Below the pieces are notes generated by a model, which was given only the letters and a program-made list of their open reading frames with translations, was not told the DNA's origin and made no database searches. The position numbers and the translations under genes were made by a program. From the NCBI RefSeq assembly GCF_037042905.1, contig NC_087251.1, positions 4,714,001 to 4,778,000 of the forward strand: a DNA stretch of 64,000 nucleotides, in the 5' to 3' direction. How positions within the stretch are numbered: the stretch's first letter is position 1; every line of letters begins with the position of its first letter. Positions 13,501 to 27,900 of the stretch are shown one piece after another. The DNA is from Lytechinus pictus (Eukaryota).

Positions 13501-15147
13501 ATGATTAAAGGGATATAAAATTTGCAATCGTGAAAGGGTTTGCTTATGTTTTTTAATGTTATTTGATGTTTGGTGGAACGTGAATGGAATTCTAGCTTGG
13601 GGAAAGGATACTGGACATGTCAAACTCGTGTTCTTATCTTTTGACTTATATTTTCAGATAGTGGGATTTCTAAATCTGTGAAAAACTAATCAGTAGTGTA
13701 AATACATGTACACGGTTTTATAGGGTGACTTCGTTCAAAAGTTTCCATTTGTTATCATGTGGAGAGCTGTAACTATAGTTACTCAAGTTATTCAAAGTTA
13801 TTCAGTTATCAAAGTGCCTAAAGTTAAGGATTGTAAACAGAAAGAGGCACATTGAATTTTCAAGAAAATATGAATGTTTGAATATACATCATATCTAGAA
13901 AATATTTTGAACAACCATGCAGATTAGGTGTTGACGTTGCTGGCTTTCCATAATTGTGGTTGATTGGATCAATAGCAACTCTTTTTAAGACGGGTCCCAG
14001 GTATTACACCATGTTTTATGTCGACCGTGTGTGTATACCTTTTACTTTCTGCTCATTCTTTTCGTAGACTGACTGTAATCAAGTTCAAATTTTCTTTAGC
14101 CTTATTCTATATATCTTTATCTGAGCCTCCTTTTCGATATTTCAATAAGAATTCCCTACATGTCGTTCCCCCTCACTCGCCCGTCTTTATATTTTCGACG
14201 TTTTCGAAGGATTCCCATTTTTTTTTTATCTGGCGGTCATGCTTCTCATTCGATTTTCCCACAGAGGCCTGAAAGCATCCAATTTCCTTTACCATATCGT
14301 TTAGCGATCCGGACGCACTTGACTTATTCACCTCGTCACAACCACACTGCATCTATTAAACTACCTCTTATACCATCCCATCATGCACTAAATGTAGGAG
14401 TTACATCAGACCTACATAGGAAGAACAATGTGAGGTTCGGAATAAAGAAACGTAGAAATACTTGGATTTATACTTGTAGTTATTATTAGGATGTTTCTTC
14501 ATTCCGATCTTTTTCTGATGATTCATATAATTCTTTGTTTTACAGAATAGAGCAACAAAGAATATTTATACATCAATGTGGCGACATACACACCCTACCA
14601 CACCAACATACGCGCATGCGCACCCTCACGCCCCAAGCCCATCCGCTCTCACACACACATAATATGCTTATACAAAGACAAAGTCACTCTTCAACATAAA
14701 ACTAAGAAATATTTCATTTGATATAATTTATGTGCATCCAATTTCCTTTACCATTTCGTTTAGCAATCCATTGTAGAAAGCGTCCGAAAATGCCCTAATC
14801 GCGAATTTTTCGCAACGGCGACGCTGCCGTTCTCTTCAACGCACCGATCCTTTGAAAATACAATTAAAATCACAATGGAGAACTGAGAAGCTTTTGTCGA
14901 AAGTTGGTAGACTGGGACAGCGGATCATCCGAAGATTTGTACCGGACGAACAATTGCAAACATATCCTTATCCAGAGTCACGAGACAATGCTGCTCTCCC
15001 GGTCCACCAACTTTCGACAAAAGCCTCTCAGCTCTCCATTGTGATTTGACTTGCATTTTCAAAAGAACTGGCGCGTTGTAGAGAGCGACCGCGTCATGAC
15101 TGCAAAAAACTCTCTATAAACTTCAGCTCAGAAAAGTATTGAAGCTT

Positions 15148-15711
15148 AAAAGTGACACCGTGATGTTCATATAATCATCTTGTCATGTCTACATCTCTTA
15201 GGGACAAGGATAAGATTACGAGATTTCGGATCTCCTCACGTTTACATCCCGTGTAAGAGATGATCAGATGAATCTTGTGGGAGAGATGATCAGATGACAA
15301 GATCTTGGATCTCTTCATGTCTACATCTTATAGAAGAGATGATCAAATGACAAGATCTTGGATCTCTTCATGTCTACATCTTATAGAAGAGATGATCAAA
15401 TGACAAGATCTTGGATCTCTTCATGTCTACATCTTATAGAAGAGATGATCAGAGGGCAAGATCTCGGATCCAAGATCTTGCCATCTGATCATCTCTTCTA
15501 AAAGATGTAGACATGACGAAATCCAGGATCTTGCCATCTGATCATTTCATCTTAAAGATGAAGACATGGCGAGATAAAAGATCTTGTTTTCTGATCATCT
15601 GTCGCACAATATGTAGACATGACGAGATTCAAGATCTTGTCATCTCATCTTTTCCCTTAAGAGATGTAGACGTGACGAAATGATTATATGAGCGTCTGAG
15701 TGGCACTTTTT
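15148..15711. repeat. Palindromic mini-foldback built from a 53-bp unit
   Basis: 53-bp tandem unit (gatcttggatctcttcatgtctacatcttatagaagagatgatcaaatgacaa) inverts about ggatcc at 15466-15471; outer ends are also inverted. Confidence 0.8.
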
Positions 15712-17699
15712 TTAGTATGATCGCCCATGTCAACATTAATTTCATCATAGTCAGCATTGTGTTGTGGACTGAATAATCTTTGCCAGCCCATTTGGATCGG
15801 TGATATGATAATAACCAGCCACTCTTTGAACATTCTACCAAGTGTTCATTTAAGCATATTATGTTTTACATTTGTTTTATTAGTAATAATGAAAAAAGAA
15901 ATCAATTTGATTTATTATTTGTTGTATTGATCTAGTATCGTAAAAATGTAAAGAAGAGACTTGGCCCCATTAGAATACATCGGAGGACAAGGGGGAATGC
16001 CCATTGAAAGAATTTATATCCTTATTATTTTCACCCCTCCTGACGAGGTATTATAGGTATGAGCAGAAAAATATGTTTTATTACCAGCATGATTGTGATT
16101 TTTCCTTTTAAATAAACCATATAGAATGATGAACGTAAAAATCCGATATCAGTTTCTATATATTTCCATGGATTAAAAATTCTAGTCAGTCTCTTGTAGT
16201 TGTTAGTGTTGATAAATCACACTGCACTGGCTTGGGGTTATTATCATCTTCGCTCCAATTCACGGAATCAATCAAGTGCGTGTTCAATTCAACTGTGAGA
16301 TTCCATTCCTATTTCTATCGGGGGAAAAGTGAACATAAATGTTATTAATATCGTGACGTCATTAGTCGCTTCGTTGAGCGGTGTATAGATGACTGATGGA
16401 TAATGTGGGGTTCGAGAAGGCGATGATTTATACCCCTGACTGTATTAAATCATGATGTTAGATTAGGGAGGACCGTAACTAGGACAGGGGTTGATATCCT
16501 AATGATTCACCAGACGTAAGGAAGACAACAACAGAAAAATCCCAGCAAACGAACAGACATGGTATCACGAACCTGGATAGGCTGAATGGTCGAAGTAAGG
16601 GAGGGGTTTTGATCGGGAAAATATACCCAATATTCAAATATCTAATCACCTTCCTCTCTGCAAAACCGTTATTCATTATCTATGAATAAGAAATGCTTTA
16701 CATATATATAAAAGGGGGGAAAGCAGCCATAAAGTCAAAGGAAATATTTGATTGTATCGATTATATTAGTGATATATTTGTTCATTGATAACACCTATGT
16801 TAAAGGAAACCGAACAGAAAGTTGATTTAAATAAAAAGAGAAAAATTCAAAAAGAATAAAACTGAAAATTTCATCAAAATCGGATGTAAAATAAGAAAGT
16901 TATGACTCTTTAAAGTTTCGCTTAATTTCTCAAGAAAGTTATATGCAAATCCTGGTTGGTATGCAAATTAGGGGACTGATGACGTCATCCACTCACTATT
17001 GCTTTTGTACCTTGTTATACGAAAATATTTTCTGTCCATTGTCAAGTGAACCAATGATTAATTCCTCCCTGAACATGTGGAATTAGCATTGTTTAATACT
17101 ATATGGTTCAGTGAAGTTGATCCTTATTGTATATGAGGAAAATTAGATGCCCATAAAAGCAGTATGGTAATAATGCTGATAACAATAAAAAGTGTTATTG
17201 ATATGAATATTATTATTATTATTAATATTGTTGTTATCATTATCTTTATCATTATTGTTATTATTATCATTGTTGATATATTAACATTTATTATTATTGT
17301 TGTTGTTGTCATTATCATTATTACCATTGGACTAATTTGTAAATGTTTTGGATGCGGTTTGTACCTGTCAACTTGTTTCTTTGAACGAATGCGTCACAAG
17401 ATCCATCAAGTCCCCCATACATTGAGGTCTATAAAGATTAGATAGTCATGGAAGACTACACGCTGAAAGGCATTAGAATAAACATGATGCTGAAACATAC
17501 GACCGCAGGCTTTCAGAAGATATAAACGCATCCACCAATTTTCCTAATTGACAATTGTTTGAATTATGCTACTATAAAGATTATTGAAACACGTCCAAAC
17601 CCATGGCAGCGTGGGGTATCCATCACAATATCATTATACCATCGTACAGAGTTAAATAATTCCATCAAGAGTCATGGTCATAACAATGGACAAAAATTG

Positions 17700-18233
17700 A
17701 AATATAATAATGCATTTAAAAAAAAAGAGAGCCGTGATACTCTCACATCAGAATTAGCAATATAAGGGAAAAATATAACCGGGTGTGGGTAATTTGATTC
17801 TCTGAAATAATCACTGGTGATTCTGTTGAATATATTGTTTTGTTTGTGTTTTTTACTTATGTCGTGTTAGTGACATTCATTCCCCTTCTCCGTGTATGTA
17901 TCACCCCCCCCCTCTCTCTCTCTCTCTCCTCATTGAAACATATCACATGTGATGAACATGATACTAAATATGTTTCAATGACGAGCGATATGGTATAAAT
18001 GAAAATTATTTTTAATGACAAATGTATTCATCCATGTACTAATGTGCACAAGACAGAGAAAGAGAGAGGGGGGGGGGGATACATACACAGAGAAGGGGAA
18101 TTAATGTCACTAACACGACGTGATTATTTCAGAGAATCAAATTACCCACACCCGGTTATATTTTTCCCTAATAATGCTAATTCTGATGTGAGAGTATCAC
18201 GGCTATCTTTTTTTCAAATGCATTATTATATTT
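17700..18233. repeat. Long inverted repeat upstream of the first CNG coding exon
   Basis: 17700-17814 is the reverse complement of 18120-18233; 17862-17925 pairs with ~18055-18118. Confidence 0.8.
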
Positions 18234-18428
18234 TTTACTCGCCTTTTCGCTCTCTCTTACAACCTCCCCTTTCATCCCCCTCCCTTCCTCCGTCACCTAG
18301 CTAATACAATATATGTTCATAATATTCCCAACTATCTTTTTTTATTCTCTAACAACATCTCTTTGATTACGTCTGACTTAATTATGAAGGCATAGTAAAC
18401 TTTAATCCCTCCCCTCTCTTCCTCTTTC

Positions 18429-18459
<31 letters not shown>

Positions 18460-18673
18460 GACCTCTTTCTGTGCATTTTAACTCTAGACTAACCATTGGT
18501 GAAACGCGCACGGAGTTCCTCTCAGCTCCTCTCCATAGTGCTAATCATTTCAACAAGGAGACCACCACCAATAAGATCAGATGCCAATGTACTGCTTCTT
18601 CTGTTCACGTGGACGACATCCACATAAAAAGAGGAATACTTGCATTATCTCAACTTAAGGAGAGAGCAGGCAG

Positions 18674-18904
18674 ATGGCTAGTCAACGGGATGCTGATGAG
18701 AGGAAAGTCAATTTTAGTTCTAATATGTCGACCAGAGACACAAGAACAAGAACGGAAGACAACAGTACAAGTGTAGGAATAGGAGCAAATAAAAACACGA
18801 GTGATACCACATCAGCGGACGATGGAGAAAGAGGAGGAGGAGAAGAAGGAGAGAGAGGCGAATGTGAAGAAGAGGAAGATGCAGTTAATGATGACGAACG
18901 AGAG
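18674..18904 (+). CDS. CNGA: CNG channel coding exon 1 (acidic low-complexity N-terminus [11 protein letters not shown]...DDERE)
   Basis: ATG preceded by an in-frame stop. 77 codons, ends GAG|gtaaac in phase 0, matching the phase-0 acceptor at 34163. No homology support, so less certain than the other exons. Confidence 0.6.
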
Positions 18905-21900
18905 GTAAACAAAATCAGATATTTTTTTTTCGTCTTTTGAATGTACTTTTAAGTACGTTTGACTTGCCGTTATTAGCTTCTCAGATTGATGTGTTTATAA
19001 TTTCGCCTGAAGTTTAAGCAAATTTTTTTTTAAATCAATGCCAATTTCTTTTCAAACTTACACCTACAACGATTTCCATGTTTAAACTACCGGAATTAAT
19101 GTTGATAATACCATGGCTTTCAGCTTTAAAAATGCATCATTAATATCAATGTCATTTAGATCATCATCATAATCATCATCATCATCATCATTTCCTCCTT
19201 CTTCTTCTTCTTATTCATCATCATCATCATCATCTTCTTCTTTGTCTTCTCCTTTCTCTTATTTTCCTCCTTCACCATCTCTATATTAAACCATCATCAA
19301 TATTACTCATCATTGCCCTTACTATTGTCAAATCCCGACAAGAGCATGTTTTAATTTCAAGCAGAATGAAATAAACGATTTTCCTCATTTGGACGAGTCC
19401 TGGACATACGAGCTGAAAACATGCCATGATTAAGGCATAATCCCGCTCCCCTGAGCTTTTCCATGAGCAGCAAATCGTACGTACGTTCGTTGATCATTTA
19501 AATCCAATTTAGTTTTCAATATTGTTTGTCTACTTAATTTTTAGAAATTGAATGCATTTGGTGTAGTCCTTCGGTTCTCTTCTCATAATTTCAACTCAGG
19601 GAATAGTGCCAGAGTACGATTGCATGTCAATGGGAAATATAACCGTTTGTCGTACAATCATTTGCAGAGTTTCAAAATTACATCCGCTCTTCAGCATTTT
19701 AATTTTTAATTTGCTGATTTAAAGAAGCTTGACATAATGTTAATAATGTAAAGCATCTCATTTCACAGACATATTATAGAAGGATTGTCATGAAAATGAG
19801 AACGATCAATGCGGAGATAAAATACCATTAGCGTCAGGCTGGCTTAAGACCATAAAATCTTGGATGCAAAACAGATTAAGGGAATAATAGGATTATTCAA
19901 CAAGAAACTCCCATCATCTCACCATGGATACCTCCAATGGTCTAACATAGATTATAATATCAGTAGGAATAGGATCTATTTATTTTCATCATTAGCATTG
20001 ACGTTCATTTCAGATCAGCGAGAAGTTCACTGGTTAAAAGGTCTTTTATCCATGTATTTCATGAACACTATTCAAGTCATATCATCAGTCATGCATCTCT
20101 CTCACTTGTCTGTTTTTCACATCTTTTCCCCCTTTCTTCATTCTATTCGACCTATTTAAGTTTTATTGCATCCAGGTTTTTAAAAAAATGTTATTTGATT
20201 ATACTAACAAATCAAACATCTTTCTCTTTCCATCTCTCTCTCCTTCTCACTTCCTCCTTTCTCTCACCCGCTCTCCCCCCCCCCTCTCTCTCTCTCTCTT
20301 CCACTCACTCCCCTCTTCTTTCTTCCTTTTCGTCTCTATAATTCTCACCCTTTCTCTCGGCACTTTCTTTTCCATCTGCATTTCCTTCTGTGTGTCTTAT
20401 TCTCCATATATATTCCTAATATTCATTTCACTTGTGTCTTATCTTGCTTTCAAATGTCTTTTCCCATCTCGGTTCTATACCATGCATGCCTTTTTTCTTA
20501 TCGTTTCTTTGAATTCCTACCCTTTTTGTGACTTGTCTGTTTTAAAGGGATTAATGCTCATCTTGTTTTATTCTATACATATTTAAATCATTTTTGAAGC
20601 GCAATGAAGGTAACGTCTCCAGTGAAAAACGCATCTTCACATTCCAGCATGTATAGTTTTAGTCAAAGCCCTATTCCCTGCAGGCTCAGCTATATTATAT
20701 TGCCATTGTAAACCTTCCAATATGACAACAAGAACAATTACCTCGTGGTTGATATCTTCGCCATATTCTTTTCATTCATAATAGATAGATACCACGTGAT
20801 TGAGCCATCAACCCCCCCCCCACCGGGTAGCGTCCATGGTTACCATCGTTTCATAAAGAAATACTGTGCCGTTTCTATGCAAGTTACCTTCATAGCTGTC
20901 CTTTATCTGGTTTCCATGCATTGCCTTCAGATTTGAGGCTCCATAGTCAATTAATATACTTATACATGATGATTATCATTTTCTTGTAGACAAGTAAAGC
21001 ACTGCCTCTATACACTGTAAAAAATATTGGGTAAAATTTTAACAAGCACGAGGGTAATTATGTGTTCAACCAATTGGGACAGTATTTTACCCAATGCGGG
21101 AAGCATATTGTCCAGTAAGGTTAAACAATAAGCAGCAATTACTTTAGAATGGGCAAAATTTTCATCACAATGGATAAATAAAAATGCCCCCTCAAATGCC
21201 CAATGTTGGTTGGACACATAACTACCCTCACGAAGCATTTTTACCCAATATTTTTAGAGTTTATTTAAACCAGTGTTTAGTCCCTGAATGAATAAAATAA
21301 AAATGGTAAATTTCATCAAGTTGATTCATCGTGAATTTTTTTTTCAAATTCGTATTATTATACATCAAGATCAGCCCTGTTGTTTCGTGCGGTACATGTA
21401 AACATGCAATAGCTGAGTAAGCGATACCTAACAACATATACGTGTGTTGAGGATAAAGCGTGAAGGTTATTAAACTAATATTCACTCAATGCAATCGTAT
21501 CAATATCAATGTTTAGTGAATGTATGAGTGTCTGAATGTGTTATTGCATATCTGTGCAAAGTTTTACTAAACTGACAGGTAAATCATTTTTGATCGAAAA
21601 ATAACCAAAAATGCGAAGAAGCTTGTATTACTCGACCGCAGGAGTGTCAACACTATAATATTGTATAGATTCTAGTACAATACGACCACACTCTAATGAA
21701 ATGTTCATTGTATTGATATTATTGTATAATTTCAATTCAATAACAATGTGTTGGTATACTCGTACAAGAAATGTCCCGTGATGATAATCTGGTTTTGATT
21801 AAAATTGTGTCAATTTAATCAGAGTAGCTTTGATTTTCACTAGCTCCTACATCATGATAAATTCACTAAAATTCAGAATATCATATACCAGTGTTTACTA

Positions 21901-24900
21901 AAATTGTCCTCGGAACAGCCATTCAAATGTTTTATATACAATTGCAAATGAGAACAAAAAACCAAAAATTCTGTGTGATTCCAGGTCAGTTTTCTGACAA
22001 AATGCGCCTGCAAAAAAACCAAAAATGTCTTGATTGACCATGTCAAGTTTGTAATCGATTTAACTTTGGTAGTGCCCATGGGATCTGCTATTCAAACAAC
22101 ATTTCAAACAACATTTTTCAACCAATGATATGCTGATATGAATTTGACGAAGACCTACCTGATTGTATTCAATATATTTTTCATTAAAATAATCATCTCT
22201 TGAAAATCCATCCATCAAGCTTAGTGAAATAAAGCAATAATACATGACAGAAATGCGAGAAGACTTTTTACAAATTTTTCTTTCAGATAATGTAATAGGC
22301 TTGTAGGATTTTAGCTTCAAGAAAAAAGCACCCGTATTAATGATTCTCTATGTTTTATTTTTGAAAATCTGATGTTTCAATCGAAAAGCGTTTACATTTA
22401 AAAAAATATATTTTTCATGTTCCTGAAAAAATAATGGCCTTGAGCATCAGGAAAATATTGACGACACCCAATCGTCGGAACTGAATAATCGTCTAAGAGG
22501 ATATCTGTTTTCATCCAAATTGCGCAAGGTGTTTGAAATGTAAACACCATCACCTCTTAGAAAATTAGAATTCATCGATTTTTGTGATGTCCTGCAAGGT
22601 TCTTATGTCTCCGGTATCCTAGCCTCAGGGGGTAAGAATGAAACAAAATGATACAGGTTAGTGGAAGAGTGTTGATAAAGATGAAATACAAAACTAGAAA
22701 GAAGGAAGATGCAACATGATCACATGAAGGGTGAAAGTAAATGTGGGAGGGGAGTAATGAACTGTATAGTAGGAAATAAGAGAATGATTGTGATTAGTAA
22801 GATTACATTATACCTATAAAAAAAACGCCTGGAAATGGTTCTAAACGAACAGGCGCAAGAAAAACTGCGTTCGGTAGTTTAGAATGAACGAATATTGTCC
22901 CCTTTGAATTATCATTTTCAATTTTTTCTCTGGGTATGATACCCGGTAAAAAAATCATCGATAATTAAAAAATTGTTAGTTCACAAATATCAAAATAATG
23001 TTGAGTGGTCTCCTAATCTATCATGTTGACACCAAACTTGATTTCGGTTGGAAAGCGTGGCAAAGATAAGTGATACAATTCAGGTGATATTGGCAATTTA
23101 CAACTAAATTTACATCCATGCCCCCATTTGTTCTATTGTCATGTTTAATCAAGGCATTAAAGTGTGATTTTGGCCGAAGTTAACATCTGTCACATTTATT
23201 CATGTCCTGTCTATGTAGGTATATATGAGGCGCCGAATGTACCAATATTATATAGAACAATTATTTGTTATATAATCATTATTTATTAAATAATAACTAT
23301 TATTTATATATAATTTACATTTTATTTGTAAATAACTACTATTATATAAAATATCATTTATAATTATTTATATATAATTCCAAGTAATACTTCATTATTT
23401 GTAAATAATAATAGTTCGACATTCCATTATTTATAAATAATGATTATTTGTTTTTCATTATTTATAAATAATGATTATTTGTTTTTCATTATTTATAAAT
23501 AATGATTATTTGTTTTTCATTATTTATAAATAATGATAATTGGTTTTTCATTATTTATAAATAATGATTATTTGTTTTTCATTATTTACAAATAATGATT
23601 ATTTGTTTTTCATTATTTATAAATAATGATTATTTGTTTTTCATTATTTATAAATAATTTGTTGAGTTTTCCATTATTTATAAATAATGATTATTTGTTA
23701 AATAATGAAAACGTCTACTTCATTATTTATAAATAATTTTTTCGAGTGCACCATTATTCTCATTATTTATAAATAATCATTATTTAATGTTCGAGTTTTC
23801 CATTATTTATAAATAAAGATTATTTGTTAAATAATGAAATATCTACTTCATTATTTATAAATAATAATTTTGTTTCAATATCCCATTAATCATTATTTAT
23901 AAACAATTTTTACAGTTTGCCATTATATACAAATAATCATTATTTGTATACAAATAACCATTATTTATTAAATAATGCCATTATTTAATAAATAATGCCA
24001 TTATTTATTAAATAATGGAAAACTCGCTATAACATGCAAATGTGGGACCGCCCATGATATGAATATTCATGATGCGATTTCCTTTTTCGTGATTTTTCTT
24101 CACAAATTTTTGTCCATTTCCTCTTCATAATGACATTTCTTGAAGCAATTTTCTAGGGATATGGTCTGATTGTAATATTCTTCATTTTCTATATAACTTC
24201 GTCTTCGTAGAAATATCAAAAAGTGTAATTTTATACGATTTTTCCTACAGTTCACAATCCCCATAGGCGCGCGTGTACGGTAGGGACAACCGGTGAATCG
24301 ACGGAGTGCTCTTCATCGAAATACTACGTTGGTTGGTCCCCGGAAGTGGCGGGCGGAATTTAGCCCGAATCCTCGATGGAAGTCGATCAAGTGCATATGA
24401 GCTGAGAGAGTGAAATATCAGTGTACTTGTACAGGCCCTTCTACTTTTTATAAATATTTCTTGTTGCTTTTTTTGTTAAGTTAATTTTTCCTGGTGTAGA
24501 GATAAGTTTCAGTTCTAATAATGCACTTCAAATACATTTTGGAGTGTCTGTTTGAGGCGTTTGGGGCGATTTCACCCTGGCCCCAAAATGCTCGCAACGA
24601 CAATACGGGGGCATGATGACCCCTAAATTTTTAAAAACTTATTTTTCTATTGAAAATTATCACAAAATTCACCAAAAGTGTGCACGAAAGCCTTCGTATT
24701 TCACTTTTAAAACTCCAAAAAGTGCCCAAATGACAAGCTTGGTCGCTTCGCTGTGTCGCTTAATTCAACTTGAGAACGTTTACGCGTCTGCTTCGATATA
24801 TCCCCCCCCCCCCCTCCTCCGAAAGAAATTCTGTATACGGCCATGCTCTAAAGAGCCTGGCACATTGATTTATGTATACTTTCATTTTCATTATTTTTAT

Positions 24901-27900
24901 CTCATTATCAACATGGCCTTACGCATAATTTTTTCCAGGGGGGCCGGGGCCGGAGCATGACGCGCGTAAACTTTCTCATAAAAATCTTGAAAAAGCGAAG
25001 CGACCAAGCTTGTCATTTGAGCTTGGTCGCGCCGCTGTCTCGCTTTCAAGATTTTTTTGAGAAACTTTACGCGTGTCCTAGCTGCCATGATGATAATGTG
25101 ATAAAAATAATGAAAATGAAAAGTACATACTATAAATCAATGTGCCATATGCTCTTTTGAGCATGGCCGTTCACAGAATTTCTTTCGGGGGGTGGGGGCA
25201 GACGCGCGTAAACGTTCTCAAGTTGAAAGCGAGACAGCGAAGCGACCAAGCTTGTCATTTGGGCTTGGTCCCGTGGCTGTCTCGCTTTCAAGATTTTTTT
25301 TGAGAAAGTTTACGCGCGTCATGCTCCGGCCCCGGCCCCCCTGGAAAAAATTATGCGTAAGGCCATGTTGATAATGAGATAAAAATAATGAAAATGAAAG
25401 TATACATAAATCAATGTGCCAGGCTCTTTAGAGCATGGCCGTATACAGAATTTCTTTCGGAGGAGGGGGGGGGGGATATATCGAAGCAGACGCGTAAACG
25501 TTCTCAAGTTGAATTAAGCGACACAGCGAAGCGACCAAGCTTGTCATTTGGGCACTTTTTGGAGTTTTAAAAGTGAAATACGAAGGCTTTCGTGCACACT
25601 TTTGGTGAATTTTGTGATAATTTTCAATAGAAAAATAAGTTTTTAAAAATTTAGGGGTCATCATGCCCCCGTATTGTCGTTGCGAGCATTTTGGGGCCAG
25701 GGTGAAATCGCCCCAAACGCCTCAAACAGACACTCCAAAATGTATTTGAAGTGCATTATTAGAACTGAAACTTATCTCTACACCAGGAAAAATTAACTTA
25801 ACAAAAAAAGCAACAAGAAATATTTATAAAAAGTAGAAGGGCCTGTACAAGTACACTGATATTTCACTCTCTCAGCTCATATGCACTTGATCGACTTCCA
25901 TCGAGGATTCGGGCTAAATTCCGCCCGCCACTTCCGGGGACCAACCAACGTAGTATTTCGATGAAGAGCACTCCGTCGATTCACCGGTTGTCCCTACCGT
26001 ACACGCGCGCCTATGGGGATTGTGAACTGTAGGAAAAATCGTATAAAATTACACTTTTTGATATTTCTACGAAGACGAAGTTATATAGAAAATGAAGAAT
26101 ATTACAATCAGACCATATCCCTAGAAAATTGCTTCAAGAAATGTCATTATGAAGAGGAAATGGACAAAAATTTGTGAAGAAAAATCACGAAAAAGGAAAT
26201 CGCATCATGAATATTCATATCATGGGCGGTCCCACATTTGCATGTTATAGCGAGTTTTCCATTATTTAATAAATAATGGCATTATTTAATAAATAATGGC
26301 ATTATTTAATAAATAATGGTTATTTGTATACAAATAATGATTATTTGTATATAATGGCAAACTGTAAAAATTGTTTATAAATAATGATTAATGGGATATT
26401 GAAACAAAATTATTATTTATAAATAATGAAGTAGATATTTCATTATTTAACAAATAATCTTTATTTATAAATAATGGAAAACTCGAACATTAAATAATGA
26501 TTATTTATAAATAATGAGAATAATGGTGCACTCGAAAAAATTATTTATAAATAATGAAGTAGACGTTTTCATTATTTAACAAATAATCATTATTTATAAA
26601 TAATGGAAAACTCAACAAATTATTTATAAATAATGAAAAACAAATAATCATTATTTATAAATAATGAAAAACAAATAATCATTATTTGTAAATAATGAGA
26701 ATAATGGTGCACTCGAAAAAATTATTTATAAATAATGAAGTAGACGTTTTCATTATCTAACAAATAATCATTATTTATAAATAATGGAAAACTCAACAAA
26801 TTATTTATAAATAATGAAAAACAAATAATCATTATTTATAAATAATGAAAAACAAATAATCATTATTTGTAAATAATGAAAAACAAATAATCATTATTTA
26901 TAAATAATGAAAAACCAATTATCATTATTTATAAATAATGAAAAACAAATAATCATTATTTATAAATAATGAAAAACAAATAATCATTATTTATAAATAA
27001 TGGAATGTCGAACTATTATTATTTACAAATAATGAAGTATTACTTGGAATTATATATAAATAATTAGAAATGATATTTTATATAATAGTAGTTACTTACA
27101 AATAAAATGTAAATTATATATAAATAATAGTTATTATTTAATAAATAATGATTATATAACAAATAATTGTTCTATATAATATTGGTACATTCGGCGCCTC
27201 ATAGGTATAGAGATGCTTTTGTGAGACCATCTGAAGGCCGCATCAGTACGTCAGTGATAAGATTGAATGAAATCATAACAGAGTATATTCATTTATTCAT
27301 GCGGTTCCGAGGGATGTCTATGAAATGAGAGCCAAGGGAACAGACATTGAACGAGAGGAACGACCGAAAATATAATAACAAAAAAACATCGAGAATACAA
27401 ACCATGTCTGAAAAGGAATGGAAAATATTGGTGATGTAGTATAATCATAACCATAATTGTAAAAAGAAATTGAAAATCATCAAACTCCGTCATAGAGAAA
27501 GTTACGGGGTGGGGTTAAGTCATCTAAATAATTTCATCTCACCCCAAAAGAAAACGTGTTCTGTTAATGACATGCAAATTTTCTGTATTGTACTTCTGAG
27601 ATCTACCACATTATGAATTCTTAGATATTATTACATTATTTCCCAAATTTCTGAGCAGATAAATAAAGCATTTGATAGCGATGCAGGCTCGGGGATTGTG
27701 TTTGTTGGATTTGAGTTATTTTGTTGTTGTTATACATGCATAATTCCCTAGGATCTTTTTTAAAAGAATACCGAGCTCCGATTCCGACTCACTGATAGTT
27801 GTACATCAAGGTAAGTTGCAAGGGTCAAGTTCAAATTATATATCTCATCTCGTTGACCTTATACCTTATACACCGTTATTTTGAATATTTTTTTATCAAC

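Noticed and set aside
24613..25664. Mirror ORFs as a transposase
   Set aside because: Short, no DDE or other motif, and broken by homopolymer length differences between the arms.
27205..27330. Exon interrupted by the foldback (the insertion site looks like an acceptor, ctatgtag|g)
   Set aside because: All frames hit stops, there is no CNG homology, and exon 1 joins exon 2 in phase without it.
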